Positions 34,083-41,915 of a stretch of 46,501 nt of DNA are shown here, piece after piece. The position numbers and the translations under genes were made by a program. The stretch comes from a virus. The stretch's first letter is position 1, and every line of letters begins with the position of its first letter. The notes beneath the pieces were generated by a model. It was not told the origin of the DNA. It worked only from the letters and a program-made list of their open reading frames with translations, and made no database searches. The DNA is taken from IMG/VR virus record IMGVR_UViG_3300039443_000002, one strand, 5' to 3'.

Positions 34083-34439
34083 ATGAGACGCGCATTCCCG
34101 ATGATGATGATGTTCTTGGCTGTGCTATTTGCTACACCCAATGCGGCTAAGGCAGACAATCCAACACAAGCTATGCTTGAGATTATGACTAGTTACTGTA
34201 ATGCAAGAGAACAAGGAGTAAGCCGCGACCAATTAGACAGAGCGTTGTCTGAATACATGTTGCAGGGGAAGATAGACAAGAGCGCGTTTGACACGGTGAT
34301 GGTGTTGGAGACACGCGCAGAACAGTTCGTTTGTCCTGAAGTAAATAACAGCAGCTACGACCCAGGCAGGCTACACGGTCATGCAATGAACTACGCTAAT
34401 GAACAGCAGTACATTCATACCAAAGCCTGGGAGTATTAA
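34083..34439 (+). CDS. Secreted/periplasmic early protein (118 aa) with a signal peptide
   Basis: N-terminus MRRAFPMMMMFLAVLFATPNAAKA-DNP has the n-h-c layout with an AxA-type cleavage site. Confidence 0.55.
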   Translation: MRRAFPMMMMFLAVLFATPNAAKADNPTQAMLEIMTSYCNAREQGVSRDQLDRALSEYMLQGKIDKSAFDTVMVLETRAEQFVCPEVNNSSYDPGRLHGHAMNYANEQQYIHTKAWEY

Positions 34440-34441
34440 CT

Positions 34442-34687
34442 ATGGCTAAATACCACGCTGAAGAAGGTGTCAATTACGAACGTAACTTTCTCATTGCCTA
34501 CGCTAATGTGCGCAATGCTGAAGGTAGGTGTGTCAATCTCATACTAGAGTCAATGGAACTGGACGGTGTTGAGTTCGACGGTGACATCTTCTGCGAGGTG
34601 ATACGAGACAAGCAACACAAACAATACAAAGTTAGTTGTTGGTTAGACGAGGGGAATGAAGAAGATGGAAGCGGACCAACCTTATGA
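34442..34687 (+). CDS. Hypothetical protein (81 aa)
   Basis: The start lies 2 nt after the previous stop. No family recognised. Confidence 0.5.
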   Translation: MAKYHAEEGVNYERNFLIAYANVRNAEGRCVNLILESMELDGVEFDGDIFCEVIRDKQHKQYKVSCWLDEGNEEDGSGPTL

Positions 34688-34991
34688 CGGTGCATCAATT
34701 ACACGTCCTTTCTGTACCATTAATCAGTTTGTCCTTGAAGACGACCTCGACCCGCTCGAAGCATTAGCTATAGAGCAGACACTATACCAAGGCTGGCTGG
34801 CGCACAGACTACCGCAAGTTATTATGCCTGGTTGTCGATATGAAATAGATGTAGTTCGTACAGTGGATGACAGCAAGCTACACAAAGTAGAGTGGACAAA
34901 CAACCAAGCAATTGAGACACATGGTAAACGTGTCACATATACATGCATTATTAAACCCCAGGAGGTTGACCTAAGTGAACGCCAACGTTAA
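34656..34991 (+). CDS. Hypothetical protein (111 aa as tracked; the start may be the second ATG at 34665)
   Basis: GAGGGG lies upstream. Overlaps the previous ORF end. Confidence 0.5.
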   Translation: MKKMEADQPYDGASITRPFCTINQFVLEDDLDPLEALAIEQTLYQGWLAHRLPQVIMPGCRYEIDVVRTVDDSKLHKVEWTNNQAIETHGKRVTYTCIIKPQEVDLSERQR

Positions 34992-35199
34992 GGTATACGA
35001 CATCATCATGCTGGCTAGGTTGCGTGGTATTAGCAAAGAACTACGCAACGCTATGGGTCATGCAGCAGCACACGGTGACAGAGAACTGACAGACCAACTA
35101 CTTTATGTCAAGATGGACATCGACAACATAACTTATTGGATGGAAAAGCAGCAGTGTAGTGACCTATACAAACCGCTGGCGTCTCTACCTTTAGACTGA
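34975..35199 (+). CDS. Hypothetical protein (74 aa), GTG start
   Basis: AGGAGG lies 9 nt upstream of the GTG. Confidence 0.5.
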   Translation: MNANVKVYDIIMLARLRGISKELRNAMGHAAAHGDRELTDQLLYVKMDIDNITYWMEKQQCSDLYKPLASLPLD

Positions 35200-35253
35200 T
35201 AGATTCATAAGTTTGTTTAAACTTTGTAATAATTCTTAAGTAGGTGATGTAGA

Positions 35254-36210
35254 ATGCTAGTGATTACAGAACAGACTGAGCATAGGGATTCATTCATGGC
35301 TTCGATAGAAAGGCTATTGCCTCCATTAGACCTAAACGATGAACGAGCGTTCATTGACACCTACCAGAACAGAGCAGTCAAAGATAAAGAGACTACCATT
35401 ACTTTCAGCGAGCTACTGGAAGCTGTCAGGAACAGTGAGAAACTTTTTGAGCAATACCCAGTTGACGTACGCAATGTCAACAAGCTACTCAAGTCAATCT
35501 TCATTGAAGACGAATGGTTGATGCAAGACCCACTCATAGCTTGTATTGACAGCAAGTATTACCTGTACGGTGGGCGTCATAGAGTAGCAGCCATCGCTAA
35601 GTATTTCGACTCTCAGGTTAAGCACTATGCTGACAAGAGGCAGGCTGAGTACTTGATGAACATGATGCTGGTCCGTGTCGAGATAACAAAGATAGAGGAC
35701 GAAGGAACTCTACTCCGTTTGATACAGGCGAACAATGCCAGCAGAATCATGCGGAAGCCAGAGTTATATCACCTGCAGTATCAGGCTTTAGGTGGAGACG
35801 CTGGCGATCATCAAGTAGGTAACGTAATACTCAATCGGGACATACTACCGTCAGATGCTAGACACTTGTCTGGTCAAGCTTTCGTGAGGAGGAGCCACCC
35901 CAAGCTACAGAACGTAACCAAGCAACAGATTGCGGAGTACGTGGGAGCTTGGATACTATACGATAAGTTGCCCGGTGACAGATTGAATAAAAAGCTGGAA
36001 CCTAATGTCAATGCCGAAGCTTACAACGTCTTGATGGATATAGCTTGGGACAAGCTTTGTGAAATCGTAGAAGGCGAGAATGTTCTAGGCAGGAATGCCA
36101 GACAGCTAGCACTCGAAGTCATAGAGCAAGTAAAGGAGGCAGTGGCTGAGACAGCCCCAAAACACCAAGAGCTAGTAGGCGCAGGAAACAGCAAGGGCAA
36201 TAGCTTCTAG
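35254..36210 (+). CDS. ParB/DndB-like (ParB N-terminal nuclease-fold) domain protein
   Basis: YYLYGGRHRVAAIAKYF resembles the ParB/Srx DGxHR core. A downstream LIQANNASRIMRKPE block follows. Confidence 0.5.
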   Translation: MLVITEQTEHRDSFMASIERLLPPLDLNDERAFIDTYQNRAVKDKETTITFSELLEAVRNSEKLFEQYPVDVRNVNKLLKSIFIEDEWLMQDPLIACIDSKYYLYGGRHRVAAIAKYFDSQVKHYADKRQAEYLMNMMLVRVEITKIEDEGTLLRLIQANNASRIMRKPELYHLQYQALGGDAGDHQVGNVILNRDILPSDARHLSGQAFVRRSHPKLQNVTKQQIAEYVGAWILYDKLPGDRLNKKLEPNVNAEAYNVLMDIAWDKLCEIVEGENVLGRNARQLALEVIEQVKEAVAETAPKHQELVGAGNSKGNSF

Positions 36211-36240
36211 CTCGCTGATTAAATGATTAGGGATAGGGGT

Positions 36241-36399
36241 ATGGAGTACGAGACTATTGCGGCATGTGAATTCTTTGACACATCCAGCACGATAGATGAA
36301 GAGTGGTATCAGTTCATTGAACAACGAGATTACAACGACGACTACCTAGAGGATTGTCTAACAGCTAACGGATTGGACATCGATTTAATCCTTTCCTAA
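36241..36399 (+). CDS. Small highly acidic protein (52 aa), not in the supplied ORF track
   Basis: Hand translation gives MEYETIAACEFFDTSSTIDEEWYQFIEQRDYNDDYLEDCLTANGLDIDLILS. Followed by a strong hairpin. Confidence 0.45.
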   Translation: MEYETIAACEFFDTSSTIDEEWYQFIEQRDYNDDYLEDCLTANGLDIDLILS

Positions 36400-36405
36400 A
36401 AGGAA

Positions 36406-36440
36406 AAACGGTACATGCTCCTGTTAGACATGTACCGTTT
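36406..36440. terminator. Intrinsic terminator hairpin (12-bp perfect stem), best U-tract on the minus strand
   Basis: AAACGGTACATG-ctcctgttaga-CATGTACCGTTT. On the minus strand it is followed by a TTCCTTTT-type run. It lies between the convergent 36241-36399 (+) and 36475-36759 (-) ORFs. Confidence 0.75.
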
Positions 36441-36474
36441 ATGACAATTGATAGGGATTAGCCCAATTGTATCA

Positions 36475-36759
36475 CTAGCAACAATGGTGATGTAGTACGT
36501 CCAAGTGGTCCGACGCGGGCTTGGGTGTATTTGTTATGCCTGCTTCAGCGTTAGCCATTTTGTCTTTGCCTTGGTAGCGATAGCCAACTGAGTGGTCGAT
36601 GGCGTGACCGCCACTAGCTAACACTGGTGTACCGTGTCCGTCACGCGGGTCGCGCTTACCGTAGCTTGCGTCTCCACCACCACCGCCACGAATTCCTACG
36701 CCAGCCTTAGCGCCCTTATAGTCTGACTTGGGCGCTCTGCCCATCCCTGACTTAGCCAT
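36475..36759 (-). CDS. Gly-rich basic protein ending in HHHCC (94 aa); lone minus-strand gene inside the plus arm
   Basis: It is the only ORF in a 450-bp gap of the plus arm. GGAG lies ~10 nt upstream of the ATG and a terminator lies downstream. Product: ...GIRGGGGGDASYGKRDPRDGHG...LDVLHHHCC. Confidence 0.5.
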   Translation of the reverse strand: MAKSGMGRAPKSDYKGAKAGVGIRGGGGGDASYGKRDPRDGHGTPVLASGGHAIDHSVGYRYQGKDKMANAEAGITNTPKPASDHLDVLHHHCC

Positions 36760-36787
36760 ACCTTAAATGCTCCATAATGGTCTACTA

Positions 36788-36816
36788 CGCTTAGTCTAAC
36801 CGACTAGGCGTTTTTT
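36788..36816 (+). terminator. Intrinsic terminator (9-bp stem plus T6)
   Basis: CGCTTAGTC-taacc-GACTAGGCG followed by TTTTTT. Confidence 0.6.
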
Positions 36817-36836
36817 CATGCAAAAATTTTATGACC
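36811..36836 (+). promoter_or_regulatory. Operon-start motif TTTTTTCATGCAAAAATTTTATGACC (candidate extended -10 promoter and/or operator)
   Basis: Identical 26-mer at 41910-41935. TGCAAAAAT fits a TGn-extended -10. The ATG of the next gene lies 17-20 nt downstream of the motif. Confidence 0.5.
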
Positions 36837-36852
36837 CAAAGGAGGGTCTGTT

Positions 36853-37650
36853 ATGTGTGCATTCAACGTAAGTAATTTCCTCAGTGATGATAGTAACGAT
36901 GACGACGAAGAAAAAATCGGTGAAATTTGGCAAATTGCTAAAACAGACTATGAGAGGTACGTTTCAGACGCTTATGATAAGGTAAAGGTTCTAGGTACTA
37001 GTGCTAAATTCTTGTATCTAAACGATTGGTGGAAAATGACAGGACTGCCAGAGTATAGATACGCAAAGAGGCAGCTGATTGATAACTTCGTAAAGTCACT
37101 AGATTACGACGAAGAAACCAAAAGAGTTGGGGGGATACACCTGAAGTACAAGACAACATTAGCCTGCATGAAAAGTATGGTGATGATGTCTAAAACAAAA
37201 GAGGGCTATGAAAGTAGACTGTATTTTCTCCACTGCGAAGAACAAGCCATCATAAACGCAGGGCTACTGGAACTTAAGACGGAGGAACTAGAGGCGTATA
37301 AGGCAAGAGTAGAAGAATACCCTAACTTAGCAAAGTTGTTTGAACAGGCACAGAATGACCCTAAGCTGTTGGAGGACAAGGAATATTACAGCGTAAGTCA
37401 AATTCTGAAGTACTACGGCTATTCAGTCCTGATACGTCCTAAGTCCATAGCAGTAAAAGTAGCTGGAGCTTACGAACATCTATACGGTACTATGCCAACT
37501 AAAAAGAATAACTCCAGGGCTAGAGGGTTTTCGTACCAGCGTAAGGATTGGTTTATAACTGAGTACATAGCAGACGCGTTAATCAGAAAGTACGAAAAAC
37601 TGACAGGGAAACAAGCTTGTTGGAAGGGCGGTTTTCTACAATTAATGTAG
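36853..37650 (+). CDS. Phage antirepressor-like (AntA / KilA-C type) protein
   Basis: LACMKSMVMMSKTKEGYESRLYFLHCEEQA resembles the AntA-type motif. YYSVSQILKYYGY... resembles KilA-C modules. Confidence 0.4.
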   Translation: MCAFNVSNFLSDDSNDDDEEKIGEIWQIAKTDYERYVSDAYDKVKVLGTSAKFLYLNDWWKMTGLPEYRYAKRQLIDNFVKSLDYDEETKRVGGIHLKYKTTLACMKSMVMMSKTKEGYESRLYFLHCEEQAIINAGLLELKTEELEAYKARVEEYPNLAKLFEQAQNDPKLLEDKEYYSVSQILKYYGYSVLIRPKSIAVKVAGAYEHLYGTMPTKKNNSRARGFSYQRKDWFITEYIADALIRKYEKLTGKQACWKGGFLQLM

Positions 37651-37689
37651 GTCAGCAATAATGGTAGTAGTCCTCTACTACTCCCCGTA

Positions 37690-38046
37690 ATGGCTACTAC
37701 CCTTGTCGGCATCATCATCTTCTGCGACAACACTGCTGACCTAGAGACGGTTCGCGGTCAGGTTGTCACCATGATTAACCAGTCACCATCTAAGTTTGTT
37801 TACTATGACACTGAACTCGTTACTGGAACAACTCACCCATTTGCTTTGCTTGGTGGTACTGGTGGCGCTCAATATAGCACTAGCATGGGAAACCAACAGC
37901 TCAACCAGACTGTCAATCCCTCTGCTGGTCTGTACGTCGGTCCCGCTACTAGCACTGCTGGCTTGCCGTCGGGCGGATACATAGCCCGTGTCTACTTCCG
38001 TAACAAAGCTGACGCTGACACCTTCGTTGCTGCTCTAAGTCTGTGA
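37690..38046 (+). CDS. Hypothetical protein (118 aa)
   Basis: ORF in series with its neighbours. No family recognised. Confidence 0.5.
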   Translation: MATTLVGIIIFCDNTADLETVRGQVVTMINQSPSKFVYYDTELVTGTTHPFALLGGTGGAQYSTSMGNQQLNQTVNPSAGLYVGPATSTAGLPSGGYIARVYFRNKADADTFVAALSL

Positions 38047-38702
38047 GAATTAAGCGTACTGACCGCATTGAATACAAGGTTCATGAACTGGTGCTTGGTG
38101 AACCGACTAAGCGCCAGCAACGTTTCTTGCCTGACAACGTTCAGATATACGCTGACCTAGACAAGCCAGTGTCAGAAGAGTACTTCATGGTGCTATGCAA
38201 CTGGATTAGAAACCTAGAGCGCAAGCACTATAAGAACTGCAAGTTTGACCTAGACGAAACGTTAGACCGTGTGTCAGAGTTCCTGCAATATGCCAGAGAA
38301 AACAAGCACATGACTGGCGAATGGACTATGGCTACTTGGCGTATCCAGTTCGCTAAGGTCGAGACACTGCGTGAACTCAAGAAGCTAAACATAGATGTGT
38401 TTGACCAAGAGTTGTCAATCACTGACAAGCTCCGGCATCCCATGACACGTTGGTTTACTAAGTTGTTTGCACTAGCAAGACGTATGTCTAACGCTGGTGT
38501 TCCCATGACAATGGAAGCTATAGCCGACGAATGGATGAAGGACGCGCGGAACAAAGGCGGATTAGCACGGGAGAACTTCCTAAGACAGTATGCTAGATGG
38601 TCACTCGTATTACTCGAATGCGCCCACACAGAACGAGCATGGGCAGAGCGCAGTGTCACAGATGGATTTGGTCACGATATTGGCGGTAAATTCTACACGT
38701 AG
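38043..38702 (+). CDS. Hypothetical protein (219 aa), GTG start overlapping the previous stop
   Basis: GTGA overlap at 38043-38046. No family recognised. Confidence 0.5.
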   Translation: MRIKRTDRIEYKVHELVLGEPTKRQQRFLPDNVQIYADLDKPVSEEYFMVLCNWIRNLERKHYKNCKFDLDETLDRVSEFLQYARENKHMTGEWTMATWRIQFAKVETLRELKKLNIDVFDQELSITDKLRHPMTRWFTKLFALARRMSNAGVPMTMEAIADEWMKDARNKGGLARENFLRQYARWSLVLLECAHTERAWAERSVTDGFGHDIGGKFYT

Positions 38703-39114
38703 ATTCCGGTGGCTAGTCAAGCTAGGCTGCTGGAGACTAGGTATACCGATACCCGCAGCGTGTCATTCCGCCATTGTCATACGCGGCGATGTGTATGAGC
38801 TGACCGACAGAGGTATATATAAGCACCCTGGTCGCAGCTTCTTTGACGACATGGGTTATGAACTCATACGCGCTCGGACATTTGTCACACCCTACGGCGC
38901 GTTATGGATAGATAGAATAAGGACACTTGCTCTTGCAGGAACTAGGCTAAGATATACAGACGTTCTTCGCCTCTTTCTAGGCATAACCCCGCAAGGACTA
39001 CTCTGCACATCATTTGTCCAAGCCGTGATGGGGCTGCCCTTGTCACCAGTACCACCAACACCAGACGAACTAATCGAACAGGTCATTAACTATGAGCGAC
39101 AACATCAGAGCTAG
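38590..39114 (+). CDS. Possible permuted papain-fold (YiiX/NlpC-P60-like) hydrolase; the start is more likely the ATG at 38661
   Basis: His-then-Cys order: AACHSAIVIRGDVYELTDRG ... RYTD ... GLLCTSFVQAV resembles permuted NlpC/P60 enzymes. The tracked N-terminus overlaps the previous gene by 113 nt. Confidence 0.35.
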   Translation: MLDGHSYYSNAPTQNEHGQSAVSQMDLVTILAVNSTRRFRWLVKLGCWRLGIPIPAACHSAIVIRGDVYELTDRGIYKHPGRSFFDDMGYELIRARTFVTPYGALWIDRIRTLALAGTRLRYTDVLRLFLGITPQGLLCTSFVQAVMGLPLSPVPPTPDELIEQVINYERQHQS

Positions 39115-39310
39115 GTTGGTCAAGGAAACTAACGATACTGACATCTTGATGTGTATAGATGTACCCGTGCGTCCTATTGACGGATTGCTCAACTTGCTGC
39201 CAGAATACCTACGTTTCGGTTGGTTCGTTCCGCAGAACAAAGAAATCCCAATAGTCATCCATGAGACTAATAAGATTTATGTTGTGTTGGAACTGGATGA
39301 CGTTAGCTAA
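39092..39310 (+). CDS. Hypothetical protein (72 aa)
   Basis: ORF overlapping the previous stop. No family recognised. Confidence 0.45.
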   Translation: MSDNIRARLVKETNDTDILMCIDVPVRPIDGLLNLLPEYLRFGWFVPQNKEIPIVIHETNKIYVVLELDDVS

Positions 39311-39350
39311 TATCACCAAATTATGACAATTGAATTAGGAGATAAACACC

Positions 39351-41594
39351 GTGGATAGGAATGACAGCCGAGCGGTGTCAAGGGAGCGCTGTCCTGAATG
39401 CGCCAAGCTAGGGCAAGACACCAAGGGCGACAACTGCATTGTCTATTCAGACGGTCACAAGCATTGCTTTGCCTGTGACTGGCATCAAAGTTCAGACGGC
39501 GACATTAGCTGGAAGACTAGCTACAAGCCACCGCTAGACAACGGCGCAATACCTGACATCCAGTCCAGAGGCTTGACAAAAGCAACCTGCGAAAGGTTTG
39601 GTGTCAAGATAATGGCAGCGCTGGACGAAGACGGCGACCCTATTTACACTAAGATTCCGGGCGCTACAGATGCTGACTGGGAGATTAAGTACCAGGGAAC
39701 TAGTAAGCTCATGTTCCCGTACTACGACGCTAAAGATTTAACTACGCTCCGCACCGTTCACATCAGAGACTGGAGCAAACCAAAAGACCAAGGCTATCCA
39801 TTCGACACGAGGAACGGCGGTAGCGTAGCTGAAATATCATTCTTCGGTTTGAACTGCCTTAACACCAAGTCTGACACCCTTGTCATAGTAGAGGGCGAGA
39901 CTGACACCATGACCATCGCCCAGATGTTCCCCAAGCTGGCGGTGTTGGGATTCCCCGGCGGAGCTGGTGTCAGGTGGGCGACGAGGAGTGCTGATATATT
40001 CAGTAGCTTCAAGAGGATTGTCATCCTGACAGACAACGATCATGCTGGTGACAACTTCAAGCTGGAGTTGTCCAAGAAGCTGCCAGAGGAAAAGATTTAT
40101 ATAGGCAAGTACCCTAGGGGCTACAAGGACGCTAACGACGTCCTGGTAGCCTACAACAAACTGTCAAGGGCAGAGTCTAAGAAGGAGCTGTTTGACGAAC
40201 TAGAGAACGCTATTAAGTATCCTGCAAAGCTGACACCGCCATTGATTGTCCCGCCAGAGCAGATGCGGAAATCGTTCTATGACAGGTGGCTGTCAAAAAA
40301 GCCCAAGCCCAAAGGGATAAGGACAGGATACCCGGAACTGGACGAAGTGACACATGGTCTTAAGCCTGGGTTCCTGTATGTCCTGGCAGGCGACACAGGC
40401 GTCTGTAAGTCCAGCTTGATAGAGAACATCGCCCTAAACGCAGCGCGTCTCAGTGGTGTCAAGAGCATGTTCATATCTACAGAGATGGGCAACGACCAAA
40501 CCTTTGACCGGATCGTACAGGCTGACACTGGGCTACCGTTTGACAGAGACATGTTTTTCGACCCAACTCCACACGCTGAAACGCTGAAGAAGAGCGTTGA
40601 CTTTCTGTCGGAGCTGATAACATTCCGAGACCAGGGGCCGAAGATTAACACTGACAAGGTGATGGCTACCATCGACGAGGCGGTAGACAACGGTATCAGA
40701 TTGATACTAGTTGACCCAATCACTGGTACGACAGATACTGCGGATGACTATGGATGGGCTAAGCTTGAAAATTTTATGAAGGAGCTGAAGGCCAAAGCTA
40801 TAGCCAGAGACATTCCTATTGTCACAATCAGTCACATAAGTAGGAACGGTACTAAGTCCGGCAGTGTGCCGGAAACCCAACACTTAAGAGGGTCAAATGG
40901 CATAGGTCAACAGGCAGACTTCATACTGGCTATAGGACGGGACAGAGAAACTCCAGTGATAGAATGCGTTGTCAAGAAGCTGGACAGGGTTACAGGTAAG
41001 TCCGGTAGCTGGAAACTATACTTAGAAAATGAACGCATTGTTAGCAAGTCTGACGTTCCCTCTGTCCTTGAAGTAAGACATGACAAACCAGCAGTCAAAG
41101 CCGACACCCCAAAAGAGACCGACCAATGCGAGACGGGAAGGGCAGTACCGGAGCAAGTTCGAGAAGAAGATAGCGGAGTGCAACCCTTACCTAGAGTACG
41201 AGACGATGACACTCCGGTATACGACATCCCACGACTACCTACCAGACTGGATTATCGACAGGTCGCGGGCTGTCTTGTTGAACAAGGAGCTGAAGCACTT
41301 GCACGACTTATCACACCAACGCCGGAAGACATTCTCGCTGGCAACTACGCGACGCTCCGAATCATGTACAAAGACGGAAGCGAACCAAGCCCACCAAGAG
41401 ACAAGTGTCAATTCACGGAAGCGTTCAGCGCCGTCAACCAGCCTGGACACATCTATATGTTTCATCGAGGCAAAAGGATTGCTGTCATCCGAGGACAGGA
41501 AGAAGCTCTTAGCTGTCAAGCGTTGCCACCCGACAGCGGACATCAGACTGGTACTGATGGAGCCTTACCGGAAACTGACGAAGGCACCGAATAG
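39351..41594 (+). CDS. Bifunctional DNA primase-helicase (T7 gp4-like) with an unusual ~170-aa C-terminal extension
   Basis: GTG start with AGGAG upstream. Zn finger CPEC...CFAC. TOPRIM motifs VIVEGETD and ILTDNDHAGD. Helicase Walker A LAGDTGVCKSS and arginine-finger block HLRGSNGIGQQADFIL. Confidence 0.85.
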   Translation: MDRNDSRAVSRERCPECAKLGQDTKGDNCIVYSDGHKHCFACDWHQSSDGDISWKTSYKPPLDNGAIPDIQSRGLTKATCERFGVKIMAALDEDGDPIYTKIPGATDADWEIKYQGTSKLMFPYYDAKDLTTLRTVHIRDWSKPKDQGYPFDTRNGGSVAEISFFGLNCLNTKSDTLVIVEGETDTMTIAQMFPKLAVLGFPGGAGVRWATRSADIFSSFKRIVILTDNDHAGDNFKLELSKKLPEEKIYIGKYPRGYKDANDVLVAYNKLSRAESKKELFDELENAIKYPAKLTPPLIVPPEQMRKSFYDRWLSKKPKPKGIRTGYPELDEVTHGLKPGFLYVLAGDTGVCKSSLIENIALNAARLSGVKSMFISTEMGNDQTFDRIVQADTGLPFDRDMFFDPTPHAETLKKSVDFLSELITFRDQGPKINTDKVMATIDEAVDNGIRLILVDPITGTTDTADDYGWAKLENFMKELKAKAIARDIPIVTISHISRNGTKSGSVPETQHLRGSNGIGQQADFILAIGRDRETPVIECVVKKLDRVTGKSGSWKLYLENERIVSKSDVPSVLEVRHDKPAVKADTPKETDQCETGRAVPEQVREEDSGVQPLPRVRDDDTPVYDIPRLPTRLDYRQVAGCLVEQGAEALARLITPTPEDILAGNYATLRIMYKDGSEPSPPRDKCQFTEAFSAVNQPGHIYMFHRGKRIAVIRGQEEALSCQALPPDSGHQTGTDGALPETDEGTE

Positions 41595-41688
41595 CAAGAC
41601 CTACGCTGACTGGTGTGAACTACACGGCTTCCCGTGGTGCGAAGGACCATACATTCCTACTGAGTGGTATTGGGATTATGACATGTGA
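41080..41688 (+). CDS. T7 endonuclease I (gp3)-like Holliday-junction resolvase, with an internal insert of about 64 aa
   Basis: YRSKFEKKIAE, LEYE, HDYLPDW, then ICFIEAKGLLSSEDRKKLLAVKRCHPTADIRLVL and IPTEW parallel T7 gp3 (FRSGLEDKV, FEYE, HTYTPDF, FVETKGLWESDDRKK...HPELDIRIVF, IPAEW), recalled from memory. Confidence 0.75.
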   Translation: MTNQQSKPTPQKRPTNARREGQYRSKFEKKIAECNPYLEYETMTLRYTTSHDYLPDWIIDRSRAVLLNKELKHLHDLSHQRRKTFSLATTRRSESCTKTEANQAHQETSVNSRKRSAPSTSLDTSICFIEAKGLLSSEDRKKLLAVKRCHPTADIRLVLMEPYRKLTKAPNSKTYADWCELHGFPWCEGPYIPTEWYWDYDM

Positions 41689-41830
41689 CAAATGGGAATT
41701 GCTTGGCATCTATGACGACAGCGACTTGACTGACACTGTCAAAGGACTTATTGACGACGACATCCCATACAGAGTAGCCACGCGAGGCGGGCGCTATCAC
41801 ATCTATACGCTTGTCTGTGGTGTAGAATAG
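41615..41830 (+). CDS. Hypothetical small protein (71 aa tracked; likely 50 aa from the ATG at 41678)
   Basis: The internal ATG at 41678 overlaps the endonuclease stop by 11 nt (MTCDKWELLGIYDD...). Confidence 0.45.
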   Translation: MNYTASRGAKDHTFLLSGIGIMTCDKWELLGIYDDSDLTDTVKGLIDDDIPYRVATRGGRYHIYTLVCGVE

Positions 41831-41858
41831 CGGATGTAAGCAAGGAGAGTTGTTTCTT

Positions 41859-41915
41859 TCCCTAGCGGCGCTTCTGGTAAACGTGATTCCCCAGAGCATC
41901 GACTAGGGATTTTTT
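41859..41915 (+). terminator. Long imperfect hairpin plus T6 (intrinsic terminator)
   Basis: Outer stem TCCCTAG/CTAGGGA and inner stem GCTTCTGG/CCAGAGC, followed by TTTTTT. The 3' arm shares CGACTAGG with the 36788 terminator. Confidence 0.6.

Noticed and set aside
41260-41451. The endonuclease I insert considered as a group I intron or an intein
   Set aside because: It is open and in frame with the host gene and also open in a second frame. It has no intein splice motifs (no Cys/Ser...His-Asn junctions). It is at the lower size limit for group I introns, and I could not trace a P1-P9 fold by eye. Left as an open question inside the finding.
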